Source: Eledone cirrhosa (taxonomy: Eukaryota). Taken from it: DNA of 64,000 nt. Under the pieces are notes generated by a model that was given only the letters and a program-made list of their open reading frames with translations, was not told the DNA's origin and searched no databases. Positions 1-11,568 of the stretch are shown here, in pieces. The stretch is from contig OZ024740.1 of NCBI GenBank assembly GCA_964016885.1, positions 158,038,001 to 158,102,000 on the forward strand, written 5' to 3'. The translations under genes and the position numbers were made by a program. Position 1 is the first letter of the stretch. Each line of letters opens with the position of its first letter.

Positions 1-865
1 GACCAATTTACAGAAAAAGTTGTGCATGGATACTTGAGACGTAAAACACAGACCATAGAGGGGATAAACCACTCAAAAAGCAGCCTGGCATGGAGTTCCG
101 ACAAGTTTATAACATCATACCTTGAGGGATATCTCTATGCAATACAGGAACAAGAACTCCCTACCAAATATCTGCTGCCCAAAAGGGGAGGGCCATCAGC
201 TGACAATAAATGTAGGCTATGTAAAACAAAGATCGAAGATGTAAGCCACATTGTTGCCAGCTGCGAAAGAATGTCATCTCGCTACTATCTCCCCATGAGA
301 CACGATGGGATAGCTAGAACCATCTGGAACGCACTTCGGAAAACAAAATTAACAACAAACGAGGAAGAATATATTGAGACAGATGGCACTAAGGAATACT
401 GGTGGAACCTGAAAATAAAAACTGCCACCAAATTAAAGCACAACCGGCCTGATATTGTTGTTTGGGACCACACATTGAAAACGTGTTCTGTTGTGGAGAT
501 CAGCTGCCCACTTGATGTAAAAGTTGTCAGAAAAATACAAGAGAAGGAGGACATCTACGAACCATTGATGAGGAGTTTGCAAATCCAGTATCCAAGATAC
601 ACCTTTAGCTTCATACCCATCATTATTGGAGCTACGGGTTATATACTAACCCGTTTGGACCAAAGTATGACTGAACTTGGATTTGCGGACAAAGAGCGCA
701 GCTCCCTAATTCATAGTTTACAAATGGCTGCGATAGCTGGCACCTTCAAAATTTGCAAAACATTCTTGCGATTCAAGGGATGACAATTTCTTTTCTTTTA
801 CAACCTTGCCACCAGGAAGGTGGCCGGTCAAAAAAATATACTCGAAATTAAGAGAAAGAGATAAC
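1..865 (+). mobile_element. 3' end of RLE-type non-LTR retrotransposon (R4/Dong-like): zinc knuckle, restriction-like endonuclease and short 3' UTR
   Basis: ORF 22-783 has CRLC..E...H....C, RHD, RPDIVVWD, VEISCP and KEDIY motifs. About 80 bp of 3' UTR runs directly into (TACA)n at 864-957. 5' part lies outside the window. Confidence 0.9.
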
Positions 866-1393
866 ATACATACATACATACATACATACATACATACATA
901 CATACATACATACATACATACATACATACATACATACATACATACATACATACATACTCAAAAGTATTTCTTTATAAATCTTTCTCTCCGACTGACTCAT
1001 TATCGTCGTTTACTCTAGCTGTCTGCCTGCCTTCTACGTTATCACGGGTTATAACCAATATTGGTTTTGCCCAATATTTACACACCACAAGAATTTCCAG
1101 TGTGTTTGATATCGATGATGTTATTGAACTAACATATGATACACTGACCTGATTTCTATCACTAATCGTTTATTGACATGTTCCCTCCATGCCATCTGTT
1201 AGTTTTCTCCCGGTAATATTTCCCTTATAATTCACCCATTACCATTTCTCAATCTTTCTATCATTTCTATTCTATTTCATCTAATCTATCGGTTACCTTC
1301 CTCCATTTATCTCTCCATCCATTCATCTGTCAATCTGTTTATTATCTATTTATCTATCTGTCTTATGTATGTATGTATACGTATGTATGTATG

Positions 1394-1425
<32 letters not shown>

Positions 1426-1442
1426 TGTATATGTATGCATAT

Positions 1443-2002
1443 GTCGGGTCACTCTTGAGTGCTACTGGTAACATGTAACCCAGTACAACCTGTCGCATGG
1501 TCGGGTCGTCGGCGACTAAACCGGCAACCCCACCAAGTTTACTTGGTGAGGAGGGTGATTTTGGACACCCTGCAGGACAAAAAACAAAACCTGACAAAGG
1601 ACGGAAGAACTCATAAGAGTCAACGGCCATCCAAATATGCGTAAATATGTATATACACATGTACATATATATATATGCACAGGGACATAGAAATAGTCGG
1701 GCTGGTTAAACCACTGGGAGTGAAGGACCCCTAGCCTTTGTCAGGGCATTCTTCTCGGAGAAAGCAACTCAGAAAACTGGGATAACTCCGATATAAAACC
1801 CGCGGCTCAGTAGTTACCGATGATGTTGATCTTTTCTTCTTTTCAGGTTATAGCTACTGTTGCTCAGAGAGTGGGATTGGCTCAGTGCACAGTCTTTCCT
1901 CAATTTAAAAAATATCTTCACGCACAGGTATTGCACGATAGAATTAATTAATAATTATATATCGTGCAATGACCATACTCGATAACGAGGGGGCAGCCAT
2001 CA
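1443..2002 (+). mobile_element. Non-autonomous non-coding retroposon, probably RTE-derived bipartite element; second copy at 55503-56121
   Basis: Near-colinear inverted copy at 55503-56121. Contains an RTE-5'UTR-like motif (GGAGAAAGCAACTC..ATATAAAACC), ends in a (TATG)n tail and is flanked by (TATG)n. Confidence 0.65.
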
Positions 2003-2040
2003 TGTATGTATGTATGTATGTATGTATGTATGTATGTATG

Positions 2041-2150
2041 TTTCTCTTTCTCTTAATTTCGAGTACATTTTGACTGGCCACCTTCCTGGTGGCAAGGTTG
2101 TAAAAGAAAAGAAATTGTCATCCCTTGAATCGCAAGAATGTTTTGCAAAT
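2041..2150 (-). mobile_element. 110-bp 5'-truncated copy of the R4/Dong-like 3' end seen at 750-865
   Basis: Reverse complement nearly identical to 750-865, embedded between (TATG)n tracts on both sides. Confidence 0.9.
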
Positions 2151-2482
2151 TATGTATGTATGTTTGTATGTATGTATGTTTGTATGTATGTATGTTTGTA
2201 TGTATGTATGTATGTATGTATGTATGTATGTATGTTTGTATGTATGTATGTATGTATGTATGTATGTATGTTTGTATGTATGTATTTATGTATGTATGTA
2301 TGTATGTTTGTTTGTATGTATGTATGTATGTATGTTTGTATGTATGTATGTATGTATGTATGTATGTATGTATGTATGTATGTTTGTATGTATGTATAGA
2401 TGCATCCATTTAGTTATGTACTTGTATATCTATCTATCCTTCTATATCTCTATATATGCGTGTGTAGTAATATATATATAAT

Positions 2483-2832
2483 AATGGTTTCTTATATAGG
2501 CACAAGGTCAGTAATTTGGGGGGAGGGGAAAGTCGATTAAATTGACCCCAGTGTGTCACTGGTACTTTATTTTATCGACCCCATAAGGATGAAAGGCAAA
2601 GTTAACCACGGCGGGATTTGAACTCAGATCATAAAGAGCCGTAACTCTATGCTGCAAAGCATGGCGTCCGACCTTCTACCGATGCTGCCATTTCACAATA
2701 ATAGTAATTGTTTCTACTTTTGGCACAAGACCAGCAATTACCCAGTACATTACTGGTACCTTATTTTATCGACCCCGTAAGGATGAAAGGCAAAGTTGAC
2801 CTCGGCGGGATTTGAACTCAGAATGGAAAGGG
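2483..2832 (-). mobile_element. Two tRNA-derived SINE copies (one near full length, one truncated)
   Basis: Reverse strand shows B box GAGTTCAAATCC, core GCCTTTCATCCTTA.GGGGTCGATAAAATAAAGTACCAG and an ATT-type tail. Confidence 0.9.
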
Positions 2833-2835
2833 CCT

Positions 2836-4670
2836 GCTTTCTTTATTAACCACAAGGGTTGACACATTGTATAACATTAAGGACAACACAGGACAATGCA
2901 GGACGGTACAAATGGGCATTCCTGCGTGTAAAAAAATCAATAATAATAATGATTTCATTTATTGGCAGCAAGGGCCGTCATGTAGGGGACAATACAATAG
3001 ACGGGGACAGTGGGGGTTTACAATAAGGTCGAGTAAAAGTGCACAATGGCAAGACTAATTTAGCAAGGAAGAAATAAAAAATATAAAATAAACTATGCAT
3101 AAATATAACATAATAAATTCCGCTATAGGGGGTGGACGACCCAAGGGTGACTCAGGTACCCCACTAATCCTGAACATACCTGCGCTTCAAGGGCACCCGG
3201 GGAGAACACCCCTCTCCTCCTCAAATTGGCTAGCCTATAGGCGCATGGTAAGAGTAGGCTCACTCACACGGGCCATTCTCGCCACATTCATCCACCTTTT
3301 AGCAAATGTACTGTGGAGCAGCACTTCTCTCTCCACCCTCACATTCCTTTCCAAGTGAAACTTTAAAAAGTTGATGAGGGATTGGCACTTCCATGCCTGT
3401 AGAGTTTATCCCGAACCAGCAGTGCACCCCCGGTAGCACCGCCAAGCGAGGGATTTCTGGAAATTGTCCATCGTCCCCGGCTCGAAGGTCCTCCGGAACA
3501 GACTGGTCGAGGCTCAAAGCTTCTCCGAGTGCGTCATCGCATTTGCCCACTACTAATCCTCTATAGAATTCGAGAAAGGAAGTTCCACTGATCGCATTGC
3601 CCGCTTAGTAGAGGGCAGTGGGTGCCTGGCAACATTCCAGGTGCTAGTCACCCAGTCTTGGTCTCTTCTTGACGCAGGACCCCAGCTCAGTCAAAGAACC
3701 AGTTCACCGTTTAAGCAGAATATCTGGAGATGTCGCAGCCTCAGCGTATGTCTGAGCATCATTAGCCACGACATGCCCAGCCCTCCGCGTAGAGGCTGCT
3801 GGCAGCAGATGGACCGCCTCACCAACGGGACTTGTCCTCTCCACAGGAATTTGAAGAGAGGCGTGGACGAGGGCAAGGCACGACGGTCAGGCGGTAGTAG
3901 ATGTGATATACGCATTTGCCACCTCCGCGCGACCTTTCAGTGATAGCTTCCTCCCAGCCCATTTTTGGGTGAGACTGGTTACCCTGCTCGTTACCTCGTC
4001 CCAATTCTTTTCTACCTGGAGGTCTGGTCCGAACCAAACCCCGAGCAACTTTACTGATCCGTCCGTCCAGCGCCCCACGACGTTGTTGGACAGTATGGAC
4101 TTGCCTCTCCAGGTGACAAGCTGCAAGTCCACTGACTTTTCCGGGTTAAGTTTGGCTCCTTGTCAACCTTTCATATTCCTTCAATAAGGTGCCGACCACC
4201 TCGATTTCCGAGGTATCCGACACCATCACGGTAATGTCGTCCGCATAAGCCGACACAGCCTTTCCGCGTCCCGTTTCGAGCGGGATGCCCTGCAACAGCT
4301 CCAGCTTCCGCAGTAAGGGCTCGAGAGTCAATACGGACAGAAGGTAAGAGAGAGGGCACCCTTGATCGGGAGAGCCGAAATGGTTCCGAGAGGTGGCCAT
4401 TAAACTTGACCACCGAGCAGGTGCCGCTGTGCATTGCAGCGATCCAGCTTCTGAAGACAGGGCCGAAGCCAGCTGCTTTGAGGACAGCCTCCAGATACCG
4501 ATGGTCAACGCTATCGAATGCTTTCGATTGATCTAAATTGATCAGTGCCTCACCGAAGCCAGGTTTACACCTACCCTCTCTATGATGTATCGCATGAGGT
4601 GGAGGTTGTCATGTATGGATCTGGCTGCGATTGGGCAAGTTTGCGCCTCCCCAACCAAATCCTCGACGAC
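2836..4670 (-). mobile_element. Tx1/L1-clade LINE fragments (degenerate RT and C-terminal region; two subfamily 3' ends stacked)
   Basis: Frameshifted motifs SIHDNLHLMR, QGCPLS, AYADDITV and VKLLGVWFG. A subfamily-B 3' end at 2836-2937, then (AAT)n, then a subfamily-A 3' end at about 2950. The 5' junction at 4670 abuts (AAT)n. Confidence 0.88.
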
Positions 4671-4689
4671 AATAATAATAATAATAATA

Positions 4690-4912
4690 ATTGTTTCTAC
4701 TTTTGGCATATGGCATATGGACAGCATATTCACTAGTGTATTACTGGTACTTTATTTTATCGACCCCGTATGGATGAAAGGCAAAGTTAACCTCGGCGGG
4801 ATTTGAACTAATAATAATAATAATAATGGTTTCTCATATAGGCACAAAGCAAGCAATTTTTTGCGGGGAGGGGAAAGTCGATTAAATCGACCCCAGTGCG
4901 TGACTAGTTCTT
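4690..4912 (-). mobile_element. Two truncated SINE 3' fragments separated by (AAT)n
   Basis: Same core and tail sequence as the other SINE copies. Confidence 0.85.
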
Positions 4913-5101
4913 TATGAGAATGTTTGTTTGGGGGAGGAGCCTCGTTTTCTGCCTTCTGCAAATGTATGTATCAAAGTAAATAAACCGCAAATTTCAAATA
5001 TATTAAGTTGTCCGCTATAGATATATCTGTATTTATATCCTGTATATATAATTTATTCCTGTATATATTATATACTTCGGCTGGTTAACGTACAAATTTG
5101 C

Positions 5102-5175
<74 letters not shown>

Positions 5176-5761
5176 ATATGCACTTCCGGATATCAAACCG
5201 TTGAAAATTCTCGCAGTTAAATAACTCTAATCCATAAATATGGATTAAATAACACTAAGTTACAATCCATTACTATAACAAACATTCAATACAAATATAT
5301 CTGAACGTATGTAATGGATGTGAAATCTGTAACTTCTATATTCTACACACATACAAATTTGAACTCTACAGAAAATATCCTCGCATTGCATCCACTATAA
5401 TACACTATAATATTCGCTTAAAGTGCTTGTATTTTATGTAATACCCTGCTATACAGTACTCATATATGCATGATACATTTGCTTGTTCCATTCCTTTATA
5501 TATGACTAACGCATGTACTATATCTCTAATTTAATTATTAGACTATTCTCTTGTATTATCTGTATTATCTGAATCATGTATTCCGCCCTATGCTTTTAAT
5601 TTTAATTTGAATTTGAATTATTGTACAATTCGTGTATAATATAATATATGTCGCATCCATTCCACACTGTAAACATGAAACTGTTGTCCACAACATCAAT
5701 ATATATGTATCTGTATGATTCTTCAGTTGAATAGTTAATTATATGTACAAACATTGATAAT

Positions 5762-5806
5762 GCTCCGAGGAAACCAAGCCTAAGTTTGGAAGAAACAATT
5801 GTTAGC
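5762..5806 (+). ncRNA. Hammerhead-like motif with variant core CCGAGGA
   Basis: gct-CCGAGGA-aaccaag..tttggaa-GAAAC-aattgtt-agc: stem I gct/agc, palindromic stem III ACAATTGT. Confidence 0.45.
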
Positions 5807-6039
5807 GATTAAATGTTTTAAACATAACTTTGATACTTGTGTATTCTATATATATATATATATATATATCACTGGTTACGGTTAAAAAGCCGGAAAAAGC
5901 TATCTGACATTCCTACTGGCTACTGAGATAGCTGTGACATGATCACGGCTTAAAACATTCAGAGTGAGACTTGTAAGTTTATTTTATATAAACATATCGT
6001 ATATGCTTCCATATACACCCATTTAATATATATATATAA

Positions 6040-6240
6040 CGAAGAAATTGTGGTAAGGAACCAGATGGACCATAACGCACCAAAGTACTCAATACTTAGG
6101 GTACTAGAGTGGGTAATAGGAACAAGTATGACCCCGACGGCAGAGCTCAAGCCGTTTCGACGGCTATTTCTGGACGGCTAGTCCAGAAATAGCCGTCGAA
6201 ACGGCTTGAGCTCTGCCGTCGGGGTCATATTTGTTCCTAT
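6040..6240. repeat. Fold-back element in (TA)n; same family at 55133-55473
   Basis: 6116-6175 is the inverted repeat of 6181-6240. Includes the GTCGAAACGGC motif. Confidence 0.8.
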
Positions 6241-7067
6241 ATATATATACATTGGTTTGTCGGATGTATTTCACATGCATCTTTAGTGCGTGTGTATCAT
6301 GTGCAGCTTTGGCAAGTGTTTGGCACGTGTATCTCTCTATATAAGTACCACACTACTAAATGATCCACCTATGTTGAATATATTTGAAGAACAACCCTTA
6401 CGTATGCAGTGATATTATAACCTTTTGTAACTAACGGTTGTACCTTATGTAGCTATTCATTCCCGATGAACGTGGCAAGTTTTCTTATAAATTAATTATT
6501 GATAAATTGAATGATCATTTCTATTAACACCTCCATATTCTGATCACCTCTCTTGTGAATTTCTCTGATGTATATTGAAAGCTAGTTAATCACAAGATGA
6601 CGAGAAAATTGAGATAAAGACTTCCTATTTGCATGAGATTGCAAATTGGAAGATAATGCTCCGATTATTACCGATCGCGTGATAAGTCTTCGAATTGTCA
6701 CGTTTACACTACACGAAGTAGGACGTGCTTGTTGTCCACGCGATGAAAATCCATCACTCGATGAAGTATTAAAAGTTGCAAAATATATTATCATTCTTAA
6801 TGAAGCAGAACAACTACTTAGTGCTATAACGACATTGAACAAAGATATTAATTATATTCCTGCTATTTCGTTGAATTACATTAATAATAATAAATATAAA
6901 GCTACTCGTAGTCAAAATTCAAATAAAAATAATATATAATTAAATAACTGCTACAGTAGAAAAGTTGTGTAAAATGCTACGTCAATCAGAAAAGAAAAGT
7001 TTGTTTATATAAGGATGAAAAATTAGTTGTTTAGCACGCGTATGCATGGCGTAAAATCAATATGATG

Positions 7068-7260
7068 ATAATGGTTTCTAAATTACCACACAAGCCCGGC
7101 AACTTGGAGAAAGGCGATTAAATCAATTCTAGTACTTAAGTGGTACTTTATTTTATCGACACCGGGAGTATAAAAAGCAAAGTTGACCTCGGTGGAATTT
7201 GAACCCAGAAAGTAAAAGGCCGTAACTGAATACCACAAGAATATTGTCTGACGCTCTTAT
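7068..7260 (-). mobile_element. Diverged SINE copy
   Basis: Core motif tggtactttattttatcgac and reverse B box tttgaaccc. Confidence 0.8.
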
Positions 7261-7559
7261 ATTTCAAATTAATTACAATTACAATTTGCTAAAACTAACT
7301 AAATAAACCCTTATCGTGATGATAATTTTTTCTGCAGTATATACGTGTCAAAAGAATTGAGTATTGAATGCAGTTCGATATATATTTAAAATTTCTTATT
7401 CTATTTCTATAAATGTTCGTGTATGTGTGTTTGAGTGTGTATGCGTGCAGACATGGATGTGCTTAAATCTGTTTAAAAGATGAAAATATATCGGCATTGC
7501 TGATTGGTTAAGAGATTTGTTTCTCAATTGTTCCGGGTTCGGTCTTACACCACCATGGC

Positions 7560-8880
7560 GCCTTGGTCTTATCATGTTGGTTTATGACTCCCTCGTCTTG
7601 AATTCCCATGATGGCAAACGGACAAACAGTCTGACTCGAAACGAGACAATTTCCATTATCTCAGAGGAAAAGTTCAGAAGCTGTTGCGCTTCATGAAGGA
7701 TGAATGGTGGAAAAAGGAGGAAGATGAGACCCAGAGTTATGCTAACTCTAAAAATGCGAAGCCCTTTTACTCCAGCTTGAGGGAGGTGTATAGGCCACCA
7801 CAGAGAAGTGTAGCCTCAATCCGGAACCTGTAGGGTGAGTTTCTCACTGATAATGATGTAGTAAATAAGAGATGATCAGAACACTTCGAGCACCTCCTTA
7901 ACAGGTCTTCACGATTGACCCCAGTGTTATTGAAGAGATCCCAGTTGTACCCCTGCATATGGAACATGACGACTCACTCATGGAAGACGAGGTGACAGAA
8001 GCAATTGTAAAGTTGCAATGTAGTAAATCAACAGGCTCCTATGGCATTCCGTCTGAAGTGTTCAAAGCATGTGGTCAGTCACTGATACAGACGTTTACTG
8101 AGTTCCTCTGTACGATGATTGCTGTTTACCCCAAGATCTGAAATATGCCCGATTTAATGCACCTATACAAAGGCAAAGGTAACTCATCCAATTGTGACAA
8201 CAATAGTTGGATCTTCCTTTTGAGCACTGCAGGCAATATCCTCTCCAAGATCATCTTAAACAGATTGAATACCTATCTTCTTGGTGAGACAGTGCCAGAA
8301 GGCCAGTGTGGTTTTCAACAGAACAGAGGAACAGTCGATATGATATTCGCGACAAGACATATCCAAATGAATTGTAAGGAACAAAATATGGACATCTACA
8401 TCCTCTTTGTCGACCTCATCAAGGTGTTCGATAAAGTGTCCCGCCCAGGACAGTGAAACATACGTCCCTGAATTGAAATCCCTTCCATGATGGTAAAAAT
8501 AATCAGTTGCTTTTACGGTGAACTGACAGAGGGCTATCGACCAAGATGACAGTCTAAGCTTCGCTACAAAACACCCTGAAAACATCCCTCCAGAAATGTG
8601 ACATTGATGAAGAACAATGGGAAATCATAGCCGCAAACGGGTCTGAATGAAGTCAAGCTATTTGCAAGGGAACAGAAGTTTATGAAAATGAACGACAAAG
8701 CAGCCAAGTGGGAAAGCGTGCAGCAATGAAGGCCAGAACTAACTCTGTAGTGTTCTATTGAGTGTCAAGTATGCAGCCCCCTGTGTGCATCAGGTTTAGG
8801 CCTGATATCCCACATGAGGGTACACAAATGAATGAAGTGCTAGGGTGGACTTTATGAATCACGATAGTCGACCACCAATA
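7560..8880 (+). mobile_element. Degenerate RTE-clade LINE (RT N-terminal part and 3' remnant)
   Basis: LYKGKG..S.CDN, LLSTAGNILSKIILNRL, PEGQCGF..NRGTVDMIF and FVDLIKVFDKV motifs, with multiple stops and deletions. Confidence 0.88.
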
Positions 8881-8965
8881 ACAACAAAAATATATATATA
8901 GTTCAAGAAATGACAAAGCAAACTCAAAGATGCAAAAACATAAAATCTTATTAGTATCACGCTTA

Positions 8966-9082
<117 letters not shown>

Positions 9083-9204
9083 AATCTACCAAAATATACG
9101 ATGGTGTCCAATCCGTATGAAGAACTCAATGTAATCCAAATATAGAAGATATCATGAAAAGAGAAGATGCATTCAAAAATTTACGATAAAAGTCATAGGA
9201 AAAC

Positions 9205-9463
9205 AGAGTCAAGATTAATTAATAAAAACAATGAAATAAAAGCAAAGAACAAATTCCTTATATCAAAAAATTCATCATTTTACGATCGTTTCTGGTATGT
9301 ATATCATGTTTAAGATCTATGTAAAAATATTACAAATTATCAGAGGAAATATACATACCTTCACATATACATGCCGTCCTCAGAAAACACACATATACAT
9401 CCCAGAAACAATCGTAAAATGATGAATTTTTTGATATAAGGAACTTTTATTTCATTGTTTTTA

Positions 9464-9470
<7 letters not shown>
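9205..9470 (-). ncRNA. Fold-back module containing a hammerhead (9277-9388)
   Basis: Minus strand: CTGAGGA-cggcatgtatat...atatacatacca-GAAAC-gatcGTA. 9210-9305 is inverted against 9392-9470. Confidence 0.6.
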
Positions 9471-9545
<75 letters not shown>

Positions 9546-10619
9546 TTAGAGAAAGCGACTTCGAAATTTTGTCAAATGTTGGACCAAAATGCTGTAGCAG
9601 CTGACATAAACGATAAACGATAACTCAAAAGTACTATAACAATGGCTAAAGTCAGGTTGTGTTCAACGTGTGTTAACAGCAAAGAGGAAAGTAATTGTGT
9701 GTGTGTGTGTGGCAGACCTGTCATAGGTCTGGTGTGGTGAGATGTAAGGAGAAGGTATATAAATGTGTTATTCTATTAAATGTTCTAATCATTTAAAATC
9801 TTATAAATATAGATTTTTTTTTAAATTTGAAAGAAAGACTATTCATTGCTAACGAAAATTATTAGGGAATAGTTGAGAAAATGAAGAATTGCAATGTTTA
9901 TGTTGATCTTAACATAATATCGAAAAAAGATAATCATATTTGTAATCCAGTTAATTTGTTGTTAGAAACATGCATGGAAAAGTTGGTTTGTTTTTATAGT
10001 CTATGTTGTTTCTCACAATCGCTTTTTTTTTCTTTAAATATTACATTAAATATTAAATTTAAAGAAAAATGAACTATAACAACTAAAATTGTAATTTCAT
10101 ATGAGTAACACTGTATTTCCTCAACTTCAAATAATGTCAAAATTTTCGAATAATATTTATGCTATATGTCTAAACGAACCAAGAAATGAATTATTTTACT
10201 TTTATTTATGTTATAAAGATAAATCTGGAGTAATATTTGCTTTAATTATTTTCGAATAAAAATATTTTAGAACAATTTAATTAAAAATATTTTAATGATA
10301 CTAACTGAATCAATAGAAAATTCTATAAAAATAAAACGAACGAGAATGTTCAATTTATACATTTTACATATTATTTACTCTAATAGTGTTAGTTGGAATT
10401 TACTTTCAAATTGCCCAACAATAAAAACATTCTAAGTATATTAACTGCGATATTTGTTTATTTGGAGGAAATTGTAAAGCCAATGAACTAGCTTATTGTG
10501 CCATGGTCAACACACATCTTAATTTTTTTTATATGGGTTTGACTCGTTAGAAAAAATCATCTATGTACTCGTTTAGAAACTGGAAATAAAAAGTTGTTTC
10601 TTGATGTCGAGCGGTGATG

Positions 10620-10651
<32 letters not shown>

Positions 10652-10819
10652 TGTTCATGTGACGTTGTGGAGTTGGGTTTCCCAGTGCCACCACTAGAAC
10701 AAAAGATGACGATGGTCATCTAAAAAATATAATGTAATGAGGCTGTTAGCTTGCAAACGAATTGAATATTATCCCTATTATTCGGTATAAAACTCACAAA
10801 TATATGCATATATATATAT

Positions 10820-11550
10820 TGAAATAAAAAAGAAATAGGATTTCGCTTCAAACATAGCTTTATACAATTTGTATAAATATTTCGTATCTCCGAAGAAATA
10901 CGGTTTTAGGAAGCCGTAGTTATGCAAACACCGGGGGGCTAACGCCCTCTGGTGATGTCCAGCAGAAGCAAGGGGGACAACCGTCTATGCATTTCAGGCT
11001 TAACTGGCCATCGTCACGACGGTCCCTCCCACCGCTTGCGACTGCTGGACTAGAAGACAGGCGAGAATATATAGTTTTCTCGTCTGTGTAAATGAAGTGA
11101 TTAATCTCATTTGCATATGAAGCTGCATAAGTTGGCTCAACTTATAATAAAGAAGAAATTAGCCCCCGGTGTTTACATAGCTACGGCTTCCTAAAACCGT
11201 ATTTCTTCGGAGATACGAAATATTTTATACAAATTGTATAAAGCTATGCTTGAAGCGAAATCCTATTTCTTTTTTATTATAAGTTGAGCCAACTTATGCA
11301 GCTTCATATACAAATGAGATTAATCACCTCATTTACACAGACGAGAAAACTATATATTCTCGCCTGACTTCTAGTCCAGCAGTCGCAAGCGGTGGGAGGG
11401 ACCGTCCTGACGATGGCCAGTTAAGCCTGATTTGCATAGACGGTTGTCCCCCTTGCTTCTGCTGGACATCACCAGAGGGTGTTAGCCCCCCGGTGTTTGC
11501 ATAGCTACGGCTTCCTAAAACCGTATTTCTTCTTAGATACGAATATTTAT
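10820..11550. mobile_element. HHR-bearing ~320-bp module: one inverted copy plus about 1.2 tandem copies (Penelope pLTR or retrozyme-like)
   Basis: 10820-11158 is inverted against 11160-11550, and 11160-11225 is repeated at 11483-11548. HHR cores at 10981-11022 (-) and 11402-11443 (+). Confidence 0.8.
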
Positions 11551-11568
11551 ATATTGAAATATATATAA

